Source: Spirochaetia bacterium
GTDB lineage: Bacteria > Spirochaetota > Spirochaetia > SZUA-6 > Bin103
Direction of reading: 5' to 3'
Assembly: GCA_965203905.1 (NCBI GenBank)
Contig: CBDBDQ010000005.1
Span: 1,664,001-1,728,000 of the forward strand
Length of the DNA: 64,000 nucleotides
Part shown: in pieces, positions 39,462-47,854 of the stretch
How the letters are laid out: every line of letters begins with the position of its first letter
Numbering within the stretch: position 1 is the stretch's first letter
Notes under the pieces: model-generated
Database searches by the model: none
The model's input: only the letters and a program-made list of their open reading frames with translations
Told to the model about the DNA's origin: nothing
Position numbers and translations under genes: made by a program

Positions 39462-40536
39462 CCTTGGACCGGTAGCCAATAGCAGCGACGAACACATACC
39501 GAGGAAGCGTTCTTCAGGTACGCTTCAACGTCGACGTATCCTCCTTTCTTGGCCTGAGGGGCGTGCATTCCGAATTCTGTCCATCGACGGAGGCGGCATC
39601 CGCGGCATCTTTCCTGCCGCGTTTCTCGCTGGATTGGAGCGGCGATGGCTGGGATCCGACTCAATATCGAGATATTTCGATCTGATCGTAGGGACCTCTA
39701 CAGGCGGTATAATTGCTCTGGGACTCGCGTCAGGCTATACGGCTGCGGAACTCTGTCGTCTATATGTCGAACGCGGATGTGAGATATTTCCACCGATTCC
39801 CAACAATTGGTTCGGTGACCTGACGCGGGACTGGCGGAGGTTCTTCCAGTTATTCAAGGTCCGCTATGACCGAAAGTCGCTTGTCCGCATTCTGCGTGAG
39901 CTGTTCGGAACGCGGAAGTTCGGAGACACCAATACGCGTCTTTGCATACCATCCTTCGACGGCCGCCACGGCGAGCCGTACATATTCAAGACACCGCATC
40001 ACCCCGATTACCGCCTGGATCGCCATGAATCAACGGTGAAGGTAGCCGCAGCCACGGCCGCCGCCCCGACCTACTATGCCCCTATGGAAGACCGAGGCTA
40101 CAGGTTCATTGATGGAGGGGTCTGGGCCAATAACCCCGTCATGATAGCGCTTGTGGACGCACTGTCGTGCTTCGACGTTCCGCGCGAGCGGGTCCGCATA
40201 CTCAGTTTGGGCTGCGGCAACCGCCCTTATACCGTCGGCAAGGTAAAGGCCAAGATGGGGGGGGCTTTCGCTTGGTATGACATCATGTACGGAGCGATGC
40301 GCCTGCAGTCGCACAACGCGATAGGACAAGCAGGCCTACTGGTTAGCCGAGACGGGATTATTCGTGTGGACGCACCAGCAGACGCGCATCGAATCGCACT
40401 CGACGACTGGTCTCGCGCAGTTACGACGCTCCCGCACGCTGCCGAGGAGTCGCTGGAGAAGTACGGAAGCCAGGTCGAATCCGGGTTTCTGCAGGGACCG
40501 GCTGCTGATTACCGACCGGTTCCCGTGGCAGTGTAA
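39451..40536 (+). CDS. capV: Patatin-like phospholipase CBASS effector (CapV-like)
   Basis: ILSIDGGGIRG, GTSTGG (catalytic Ser), IDGGVWANNP (catalytic Asp), FKTPHH; overlaps the E2 stop. Confidence 0.9.
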   Translation: MMRSLGPVANSSDEHIPRKRSSGTLQRRRILLSWPEGRAFRILSIDGGGIRGIFPAAFLAGLERRWLGSDSISRYFDLIVGTSTGGIIALGLASGYTAAELCRLYVERGCEIFPPIPNNWFGDLTRDWRRFFQLFKVRYDRKSLVRILRELFGTRKFGDTNTRLCIPSFDGRHGEPYIFKTPHHPDYRLDRHESTVKVAAATAAAPTYYAPMEDRGYRFIDGGVWANNPVMIALVDALSCFDVPRERVRILSLGCGNRPYTVGKVKAKMGGAFAWYDIMYGAMRLQSHNAIGQAGLLVSRDGIIRVDAPADAHRIALDDWSRAVTTLPHAAEESLEKYGSQVESGFLQGPAADYRPVPVAV

Positions 40537-40683
40537 ACGTGCTGCCGGCCCGCACGCCCGCCGTTGGCTGAATCTCCCCGACCACCGAGCGACTCATCCG
40601 TTGTCAATGCCACGTCTACCGGTGTAGGTTACAATCTGTGCGTTACAACTATGGCGTAAAGCGGCACGTCAGGGACGGTTCAT

Positions 40684-41454
40684 ATGGGCTACAAATCCGA
40701 CATTGAGTGGACTGATGCTACCTGGAACCCCGTAACGGGTTGCACCAAAGTATCACGTGGATGTGACAATTGTTACGCAGAGCGCTTGGCAGAACGATTC
40801 CGTGGTACACGCGGACATCCATACGAGTATGGGTTCGATCTGAAGTTGCGTCCGGAACGGTTGTCCCAACCACTTTCATGGAAACGCTCTCGGAGAATAT
40901 TCGTAAATTCGATGAGCGATCTGTTTCACAAAGAGATACCACCAGAATTCCTCGATCGCATTTTCGAGGTCATGGAGGCGGCCGACTGGCACACGTTCCA
41001 AGTGCTCACAAAGCGCAGCTCAATCATGAGGCGCTATCTGACACGGCGATACAAGGGAATGGTAGCTCCACGACACATCTGGTTCGGTGTCTCCGTCGAA
41101 GAACACTTGGTAACCACAAGAATCAAACACCTTCAGGCGACACCTGCCACAATTCGTTTCCTTTCCATTGAGCCGCTTATCGGTCCCGTCGGAGATATTG
41201 AACTTGACGGAATCTCATGGGTCATTGTCGGTGGCGAAAGCGGTCCTAATGCGCGACCAATGAAAGAGCAATGGGTTCTCGACATAAAGGACAACTGTGA
41301 ACGGAATGGGGTTCATTTCTTCTTCAAACAGTGGGGTGGATCCACACCGAAGTCCGGTGGACGCCGACTTCAGGACACGGAATATAACGCCATGCCAGTT
41401 CTTGAGACGAACCTGCCCAAACGGAGGGTTCATGCAATTCAGTTGGCATCCTGA
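40684..41454 (+). CDS. DUF5131 / phage Gp37-Gp68 family protein
   Basis: SDIEWTDATWNPVTGCTKVS.GCDNCYA, FVNSMSDLFH, LTKR, FLSIEPL, WVIVGGESG, FFFKQWGG. Confidence 0.95.
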   Translation: MGYKSDIEWTDATWNPVTGCTKVSRGCDNCYAERLAERFRGTRGHPYEYGFDLKLRPERLSQPLSWKRSRRIFVNSMSDLFHKEIPPEFLDRIFEVMEAADWHTFQVLTKRSSIMRRYLTRRYKGMVAPRHIWFGVSVEEHLVTTRIKHLQATPATIRFLSIEPLIGPVGDIELDGISWVIVGGESGPNARPMKEQWVLDIKDNCERNGVHFFFKQWGGSTPKSGGRRLQDTEYNAMPVLETNLPKRRVHAIQLAS

Positions 41455-41566
41455 CGAGCCACCGCCGCAGATCGAAGCACATAGCAAGGCAAAGCTGGGT
41501 CGTTATCGCGACTGCTTGCGGCGGAAGGCGGTCGACCGAATCGTTGTGTGCAGCGGGAGGGATTAA
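41432..41566 (+). pseudogene. Truncated three-Cys-motif partner (TcmP-like) gene
   Basis: GGAGG RBS; MQFSW...PPQIEAHSKAKL resembles the N-terminus of the methyltransferase-like partner of DUF5131, then stops within about 45 codons. Confidence 0.6.
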
Positions 41567-42071
41567 CAGGGTGGCTCGGCGCGGGCGAGGAGGTCCTTGA
41601 AGGAGTAGTTGACGCTGTTGGCGCCGAAGTCCGGTTCTCGGCGGAAGGGCCAGCGAATGTAGTGGACCCGGTGGCTGTCGCCGTCAAGGAATTCGACGAT
41701 CGCCAGGCGGTAGTCGTCCGGCTTGTTCAGCGAGTAGAGGATCTCGTTGCGGGTGACGGTGATGGTGTCGGCGTCGTGGACGCGGCCCTTGACCTCGATG
41801 AAACGCAGGCGGCCGGTGCCGGGGACGCCTCGGACACCAGCCGAAACAGCTCCCCGTCGCCGTCGAAGCTCCAAGGCCGCCCCTGCTCGACCACCTCCAG
41901 GCGCGCTTCGTCGTCGCGGTAGAGGATCTCGCTGCCCAACTCGCCGCCCGCCCCGCGGTAGGTGAGTTCCAGCGCGTCGGACCCGAACCAGTGCACACTC
42001 ACCACCGTGACCAGGGCGTCGGTCAGAATGCGACGGACGGACGCGGTAGCTTGCAGGTCTTCCAGCTTCAC
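41563..42071 (-). pseudogene. SNF2 helicase-DUF3883 gene with its core deleted
   Basis: N-terminus (KLEDLQ...VSVHWFGSDALELTYR...PWSFDGDGELFRLVSEA) is fused out of frame at about 41826 to the DUF3883 C-terminus (RFIEVKGR...VTRNEILYSLNKPDDY.LAIV...PDFG..SVNY). Confidence 0.8.
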
Positions 42072-42133
42072 GCCGGCGATGATAACAGACCCCCGCAGCG
42101 ACACATGTCGGTGTCGAGTACGAACGAGGTCAG
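42068..42133 (-). pseudogene. PIN/VapC toxin N-terminal stub
   Basis: AAGGAG, then a frame overlapping the upstream stop that reads (L)TSFVLDTDM; similarity is lost after about 10 codons. Confidence 0.45.
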
Positions 42134-42429
42134 GCTCCTTCTTGGCTATTGTCGACGATCCGTCTGTTGTCGCTGATCGCCTGCTGCCACTCGTCGAAGA
42201 GCGGGTCGTCTCGGAACATCCCGAATATCTGATGCCAGGGATTGGAGCCGCCGGGCAGGTCGAGTGCTGCTATGCGCCCCCCCTGTGCCATCCGTTCGAG
42301 TATCCCGTGCCTCATCTTGGCCAATGCGGCTTCCGGCGTGTCGGCTTCCACGGCGGTCGCGAACGGTTCGCCACCCGTGGCACGGAATCGATGGTCGTCG
42401 GTGGCCTCTATCAGAATAGGAATCTTCAC
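42130..42429 (-). CDS. Small hypothetical protein, probable antitoxin
   Basis: KIPILIE...FRA...AVEADTPEAAL (HicB-like fold), NPW..IFGMFRDDPLFDEW; overlaps the PIN stub. Confidence 0.6.
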   Translation of the reverse strand: MKIPILIEATDDHRFRATGGEPFATAVEADTPEAALAKMRHGILERMAQGGRIAALDLPGGSNPWHQIFGMFRDDPLFDEWQQAISDNRRIVDNSQEGA

Positions 42430-42612
42430 CGGCTCATCTCCGCGGCTCGTGACCCTCGTTGAGATTGTGCGATTATTCGTAACAGGTACAGGAGTGTGGC
42501 CACCGGTGCCACCGGTGCCGCCGGGCCGGCGCCAGTGATTCCAGTGCGCCGCGCATGTCGTGGGGCGACCCTGGCACGAAGCGTACGCGGGACCAAACGG
42601 AGGCACCTCGGC

Positions 42613-44121
42613 TCATGGGTGCGCGGCGGGTTCCGGGGGCTGGGGCAGGGCGCCCCGCGGGGGTTGATAGTTGGAGGACGGGGCTTCGCATACCGGGCAG
42701 CGCCAGCCGGAGGGCAGGGCTGCGAACGGGGTGCCGGGTGCCACCTGCCCCAACGGGTCACCGTACGCGGGGTCGTACTCGTTGCCGCAGGCGGCGCACG
42801 ACCGGGTTCCGGAGCGCTCCTCGACCGGCGCCTCCGGCGGCGCCGCGGGGGGCGGCGGCTCATCGTCGTCGCGGTAGAAGCGGCGCGTCAGGGCTGCAAG
42901 GGAGGCCGCCAGATCGCGCTCGCGCAGCCGGCGGGCGAAGGTCAGCCAACCGGGATTGCGCCGGTCGAAACCCTCCCGATGGCGCACGGCGTAACGGCGG
43001 CGCAGGCGGGCGAAGGGCAACCGCTCGTCGATGAGGGGCTGGATCGCCACCGCCACCTCGTGCCGGGTCGGGTCGTCGGTCACCGCGAAACTGAGGCCCG
43101 AGGTCACGATGGAGCGGCGCGACAGACGGGCGATCATGGTGCCGGCCAAGTCCCGTGCCTCGGGCAGGCGATCGCAGACCTGCCAGTGGAGGGCGGCGTC
43201 CACGTGGCGCACCCGCACCCCGTGGCGGCCGAGCAGCATACGCCACTCCGCGAGGTGCTCCGGTGCCACGTTCTTCAATACCAACGAGCGCCAGCAGGTG
43301 GTGAACACCGCGCCGATGCCCTGCTGCGCGGCGCGCATGCACAACTGCTCCAGGAACCGGTGCCGGAACGGCTGCGTGCCGGCGCTCAAGCCGATCCAGT
43401 ACCCGGAACCGGAGTGCATCGGATGTACGCCTTCGTAGTCGCCGTACTCCGACGGCGGCAGGCGTTGACCCGCCTCCGCCGGCACCAGCCTGCTCCCCAG
43501 GCGGCCGCGGATCGCGTGCGCCAGGTCCTCCGAAGAGTGCGATGCCTCGGCTCCGGCGGCGGCGAGCGTGTCCTCGGCCGCCCGTACCGCCTCGGCCACG
43601 TACTCCGACGGCACCAGGTAGGGAAGCGTTACGCGGTCGTGGCGGCCGGGCGCACGGGGGCCGCGCCGCGGGTGGTGGTCGGCGGCGATGGCGATACGCC
43701 ACGAGTCGATCTCGTCCGCCGCCAGGAAGTTGAGCAGGCCCGAGGTCAGCGGCAGCAGATCCTGGTGCGGATCGGCGACGTTGATCGCGAATGACGGGCG
43801 GGACCGGAGGCCGCTCAGGATCGACTGGATGATGCCGGCGTCCAGCCAGGGCACGCCGCGGGTGATGCCGCACGCCGCGGCTGAACTGGTGACGTTGGGA
43901 TGGCCGGATGCGTCCGCCCGCTCCACCGCCAGCGGCGCCACGGCGGCACGGAAGCGGGTGACGTACGAATCCGGGATGCCGGCTACGAGCAGGTCTTGCC
44001 GATGGCCGATGGTCAGCCGGTCGCTGCCCCAGGCGCCGGAGAGTTCCGCGACCGTGCGCAGCGCCCCGGTGCCGATGATCCCGCCGGGGCACGCCACGCG
44101 CAGATCCACGCGCCCGTTCAT
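42613..44121 (-). CDS. Rubredoxin-domain protein with degenerate nitrite/sulfite reductase ferredoxin-like domains
   Basis: PGGII....L, IGHRQDL, TTCWRSLVLK; C-terminal CAAC..EYDP..GD....PGT.F..LP..W.CPVC; ATGA overlap with the nitrate reductase stop. Confidence 0.85.
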   Translation of the reverse strand: MNGRVDLRVACPGGIIGTGALRTVAELSGAWGSDRLTIGHRQDLLVAGIPDSYVTRFRAAVAPLAVERADASGHPNVTSSAAACGITRGVPWLDAGIIQSILSGLRSRPSFAINVADPHQDLLPLTSGLLNFLAADEIDSWRIAIAADHHPRRGPRAPGRHDRVTLPYLVPSEYVAEAVRAAEDTLAAAGAEASHSSEDLAHAIRGRLGSRLVPAEAGQRLPPSEYGDYEGVHPMHSGSGYWIGLSAGTQPFRHRFLEQLCMRAAQQGIGAVFTTCWRSLVLKNVAPEHLAEWRMLLGRHGVRVRHVDAALHWQVCDRLPEARDLAGTMIARLSRRSIVTSGLSFAVTDDPTRHEVAVAIQPLIDERLPFARLRRRYAVRHREGFDRRNPGWLTFARRLRERDLAASLAALTRRFYRDDDEPPPPAAPPEAPVEERSGTRSCAACGNEYDPAYGDPLGQVAPGTPFAALPSGWRCPVCEAPSSNYQPPRGALPQPPEPAAHP

Positions 44122-47100
44122 GCCAGGGCCTCCTCGTGCCGCGCCACCGGCGCCCCCCGCGGCTGCTCGTCGAGCGTGGACACCGTCTCTGCCGTCGCAG
44201 CCGGCTCGGCACACGATGAATCGGGCGACTCAGGCGCGGCAGCGCCGGCGCTTCCCGGTGGCCCGGTCAGCGCCGGTAGCGTGGCGGTCGGGCTCACCGC
44301 CGCCGCCGCCGGTCCACCCAGCTTCGGCGGCGAAGTTCCCGTGTCGGCGGATTCTGCGAGGACCGCGGCCACCTCGGGACGGCAGGTGCCGCAGCCGGTG
44401 CCGGCGCGGGTGGCGGCGCACAGTTCCGGCAGGGTGGCGCTGCCGGCCGCCACCGCCGCGCGCAGGTCGCCGGCGCCGACGCCGTGGCAGGAGCACACCA
44501 GGCGGCCGCGCGGGGTGCCGGGCAGCCCCGCCGCCGCGGGCCGCAGGAGCTGTTCGCGCTGCTCGTCCAGTTCGGAGCCGGTCTCGATCAGCCGCCGGAA
44601 CGCGGCGAACTCCGCGTTGTCGCCGATCAGCACCGCTCCCACCAGGCGGTCGTGGCGCACCACGCACTTCTTGTAGTAGCCCATGCGCCGGTCGAGCAGA
44701 GTCACCTCCTCGAAGCCGTCACCCGCGCCCTCCCCCGCGCCGGGGGCGGTGAGGCCGACCGTGGATACGGAGGTGCCGGGAATCTTCAGCACGTTGTAGG
44801 GGGGCGCATCGGCATACGCCGCCCACTCGTCGCCGGTGACGTGGCGGGCGGCCACCCGCGCCTGTTCCTGCGCGTGCTCGGTGGTGCCGTAGAGACGGCC
44901 GTTGTGCTCGGCGACATCGCCCAGGGCGTAGATCTTCGGATCGCTGGTCTGCAGGTGGGAGTTGACCACCAGTGCACGCCGCGTGTGCAGCCCGGCGGCG
45001 GTGCCGAGTTCACGGTTCGGAGCCGTGCCGACGGCTACCAGCAACAGGTCGCAGTCCAGGAGCAGGCCGCCCTCGGTGCGCACGCCGCTGACGCGCGGGG
45101 TGCCCGTGAAACTGGCCACGCGGTCGTTGAACACCAGCCGTACGCCGCGTTCGATCAGGGCGTCGCGCAGCACCTCGCTGCCGGTGGCGTCGAGCTGCCG
45201 GCCGAGCAGCAGGGACCGGTTCTGCATCACCGTCACCGCCGCCACCTGCCCGGCCAGGGCGGCGGCGAGCTCCAGCCCGAGCAGCCCGCCGCCCACGATC
45301 AGCACCCGCGAGCCGGCGCTCACCAGAGCCATCGCCGCGTGCGCGTCCTCCCGGTTGCGCAGGGTCACCACGCCCTCGCGTTGCGCCGGCAGGTCGGGCA
45401 GGCGGCGGGCGCGGCTGCCGGTGGCCAGCACCAGCCGGTCGTAGCGGTATTCCCGGCCGTTCGCGGCCCGCACGCAGTGCCGGTCGCGGTCGATGGCCGT
45501 CACCGGGGTGCCGGGATGCAGGTCCAGGTCCAGGTCGGCGAGTTCCTCGGGCGTGGTCAACTGCAGCTCCGGCCAGCGCCGCCGGCCGGCCAGGTACTCG
45601 ACCAGCAGCACGCGGTTGTAGAACAGCTCGCGCTCGGCGCTGAACACCCGGATCCGGTCGTGCCGGTTGTGCGCGCGATACTCGCGCACGAACGCCAGCG
45701 CCGCCGGTCCCGCGCCCACCACGCACACCTGCCGCGGCGTCGTGGCCAGCGGCCGGACCGCGACGGCGGTGTACTTGAAGTCGGGCTCCATGGAACGGGG
45801 ATCGACGCGCGGGCTGGTCACGTTGTTGGCGCGCCCCGAGTCCCCGCGCGGGGTATCGGTGCGGCCCCAGTGCATCGGCACGAACACCACCCCCGGCTTG
45901 ATCGCGTCCGACAGCCGCGCCGGCACCCGTATCGCCCCGTACCGGCTGGCGATCTCCACGGTACGGCCTTCCCGCACGCCCAGGCGGGCGGCGTCGTCCG
46001 GGTGCAGTTCGGCGAACGGGCGCCGCTCGTGCTGGCCGAGCCTGGCCACCTTGCCGGTGCGGGTCATGGTGTGCCACTGGTCGCGCAGGCGGCCGGTGGT
46101 GAGCACGAACGGAAAGTCCGCGCACGGCGGCTCGCCGGGATCCTGCTCCGCAACCGCGTGCAGCCGGGCGCGGCCGCTGGCGGTGGCGAAGCGCCGATCG
46201 GTGAACAGCCGCTCGGTACCGGGATGGTCGGCGGCGGGACACGGCCACTGGATGCTGCCGAGCTGCAGCCGGGGGTAGTCGATCCCCGTCATGTCGAGCG
46301 CCGTGCCGGCGGTGAGCCGGGTGTGCTCGGCGAAGATCTCCGCTTCCGAACGGTAGGCGAACGCCTCCTCCCAACCCATGCGGCGGGCAAAGTCGCACAG
46401 GATCCACACGTCGGGCCGCGCCTCGCCCGGCGGCTCCACCACCTTGGGCAGGTGGGTCACGCGGCGCTCCGAGTTGGTCATGGTGCCCTGCTTCTCCAGC
46501 CAGCCGGCGGCCGGCAGCACCACGTCGGCCCAGGGCAGCGAGTGAGAGCGGGAGGAGATGTCCTGCACCACCACGAAGCGGGCGCGTCCGAGCGCCGCCT
46601 CGGCGCGGCGCACGTCGGGCATGCTTACCACCGGGTTGGTGCATATGATCCAGATCGCCTTGAGCGTGCCCGCCTCCAGGGCGCTGAACATCTCGGTGGC
46701 GGTCAGACCCGGCCTGGCCGGCACCTGCTCCACCCCCCACAGCGCAGCCACCGCGCGCCGGTGCGCCGGGTTGGCGAGGTCGCGGTGCGCCGGCAGCATG
46801 GTGGCCAGCCCGCCTACCTCGCGCCCGCCCATGGCATTGGGCTGGCCGGTGAGGGAGAAGGGACCGGAGCCGGGCTTGCCGATCTGGCCAGTCAGCAGCG
46901 ACAGGTTCAGCAGCGCCAGGTTCTTGTCGACGCCGGCGGCGCTCTGGTTCAGGCCCATCGCCCACAGCGACAGGAAGGTGGGCGCGGAGCCGATCATCTC
47001 TGCGGCCCGCTCCAGGTCGGCGCGTGCCACCCCGCACGTCGCCGCGGCCAGGTCCAGGTCGACGCCGGCGAGCTGGCGCGCCACCTCGTCCCAGCCCTCG

Positions 47101-47846
47101 GTGTGGCGCTCCAGGAACGGGCGGTCGACGAAGCCCCCGTCCAGCAGGCAGCGGGCCAGCGCCAGGTAGCAGGCGACATCGCTGCCGGGATTGATCTGCA
47201 GGTGCAGGTCGGCTATGGAGCAGCTCTGGGTGCGGCGCGGGTCGACTACGATCACCCGTGTCTCCGGGTCGCTCTGCCGGCGCGCCTCGATGCGCTGGAA
47301 CAGGATCGGGTGGCACCAGGCCGGGTTGGCGCCGGCGATCAGGAAGCAGCTCGCGCGCTCGATGTCGGCGTAGGCGATCGGCACGCTGTCCTCGCCCAGG
47401 GCCAGCTTGTAGGCGGTGACCGCGGTGCTCATGCACAGCCGCGAGTTGGTGTCGATGTTGTTGCTGCCGATGAAGCCCTTCATCAGCTTGTTGGCGACGT
47501 AGTACTCCTCGGTGAGGAGCTGGCCGGAGACGTAGAACGCCACCGACTCGGGGCCGTGGCGGTCGATCAGGGCGCGAAAGGTGGCGGCGACCCGGTCCAG
47601 GGCGCGGTCCCAGGTGGTGCGCGTCAGCGGTTGCGCGCGGCTGCCGCGCAGCAGCGGATACCGCAGGCGGTCGTCGGTGTCGGCGACCGTGTGATGCAGG
47701 TTGAGTCCCTTGGCGCACAGCCGGCCCCGGTTGGCCGGGTGCGCGGCGTCGCCGCGCAGGGTCAGGCGGCCGTTGCCGTGGCGGGTGACCTCGATGCCGC
47801 AGCCCACGCCGCAGTACGAGCAGGTGGTCTTGAAGCTGCGATCCAC
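44118..47846 (-). CDS. Assimilatory nitrate reductase (Mo-bisPGD) fused to an NAD(P)H/FAD oxidoreductase and a BFD-like [2Fe-2S] domain
   Basis: CSYCGVGC...LCAKG, SGQLLTEEYY, DTNSRLCM, SLTGQPNAMGGRE, TTGRLRDQWHTMTRTG; then VVGAGPA, LATGS, GGGLLGLE, YALGD; CSCHGV...GTGCGTC. Confidence 0.93.
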   Translation of the reverse strand: MDRSFKTTCSYCGVGCGIEVTRHGNGRLTLRGDAAHPANRGRLCAKGLNLHHTVADTDDRLRYPLLRGSRAQPLTRTTWDRALDRVAATFRALIDRHGPESVAFYVSGQLLTEEYYVANKLMKGFIGSNNIDTNSRLCMSTAVTAYKLALGEDSVPIAYADIERASCFLIAGANPAWCHPILFQRIEARRQSDPETRVIVVDPRRTQSCSIADLHLQINPGSDVACYLALARCLLDGGFVDRPFLERHTEGWDEVARQLAGVDLDLAAATCGVARADLERAAEMIGSAPTFLSLWAMGLNQSAAGVDKNLALLNLSLLTGQIGKPGSGPFSLTGQPNAMGGREVGGLATMLPAHRDLANPAHRRAVAALWGVEQVPARPGLTATEMFSALEAGTLKAIWIICTNPVVSMPDVRRAEAALGRARFVVVQDISSRSHSLPWADVVLPAAGWLEKQGTMTNSERRVTHLPKVVEPPGEARPDVWILCDFARRMGWEEAFAYRSEAEIFAEHTRLTAGTALDMTGIDYPRLQLGSIQWPCPAADHPGTERLFTDRRFATASGRARLHAVAEQDPGEPPCADFPFVLTTGRLRDQWHTMTRTGKVARLGQHERRPFAELHPDDAARLGVREGRTVEIASRYGAIRVPARLSDAIKPGVVFVPMHWGRTDTPRGDSGRANNVTSPRVDPRSMEPDFKYTAVAVRPLATTPRQVCVVGAGPAALAFVREYRAHNRHDRIRVFSAERELFYNRVLLVEYLAGRRRWPELQLTTPEELADLDLDLHPGTPVTAIDRDRHCVRAANGREYRYDRLVLATGSRARRLPDLPAQREGVVTLRNREDAHAAMALVSAGSRVLIVGGGLLGLELAAALAGQVAAVTVMQNRSLLLGRQLDATGSEVLRDALIERGVRLVFNDRVASFTGTPRVSGVRTEGGLLLDCDLLLVAVGTAPNRELGTAAGLHTRRALVVNSHLQTSDPKIYALGDVAEHNGRLYGTTEHAQEQARVAARHVTGDEWAAYADAPPYNVLKIPGTSVSTVGLTAPGAGEGAGDGFEEVTLLDRRMGYYKKCVVRHDRLVGAVLIGDNAEFAAFRRLIETGSELDEQREQLLRPAAAGLPGTPRGRLVCSCHGVGAGDLRAAVAAGSATLPELCAATRAGTGCGTCRPEVAAVLAESADTGTSPPKLGGPAAAAVSPTATLPALTGPPGSAGAAAPESPDSSCAEPAATAETVSTLDEQPRGAPVARHEEALA

Positions 47847-47854
47847 GGCTGCCT

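Noticed and set aside
34252-42429. Possible prophage or integrative element, prompted by the Gp37/Gp68 gene and the XRE-ImmA gene
   Set aside because: No integrase, transposase, structural genes or flanking att repeats were recognised; better described as a defence island.
42496-42535. GCCACCGGT short repeats
   Set aside because: Short GC-rich repeats without spacers; not a CRISPR array and plausible by chance or as a hairpin.
42572-42590. TGGCACG possible sigma-54 site
   Set aside because: No TTGC at the -12 position and no suitable downstream gene.
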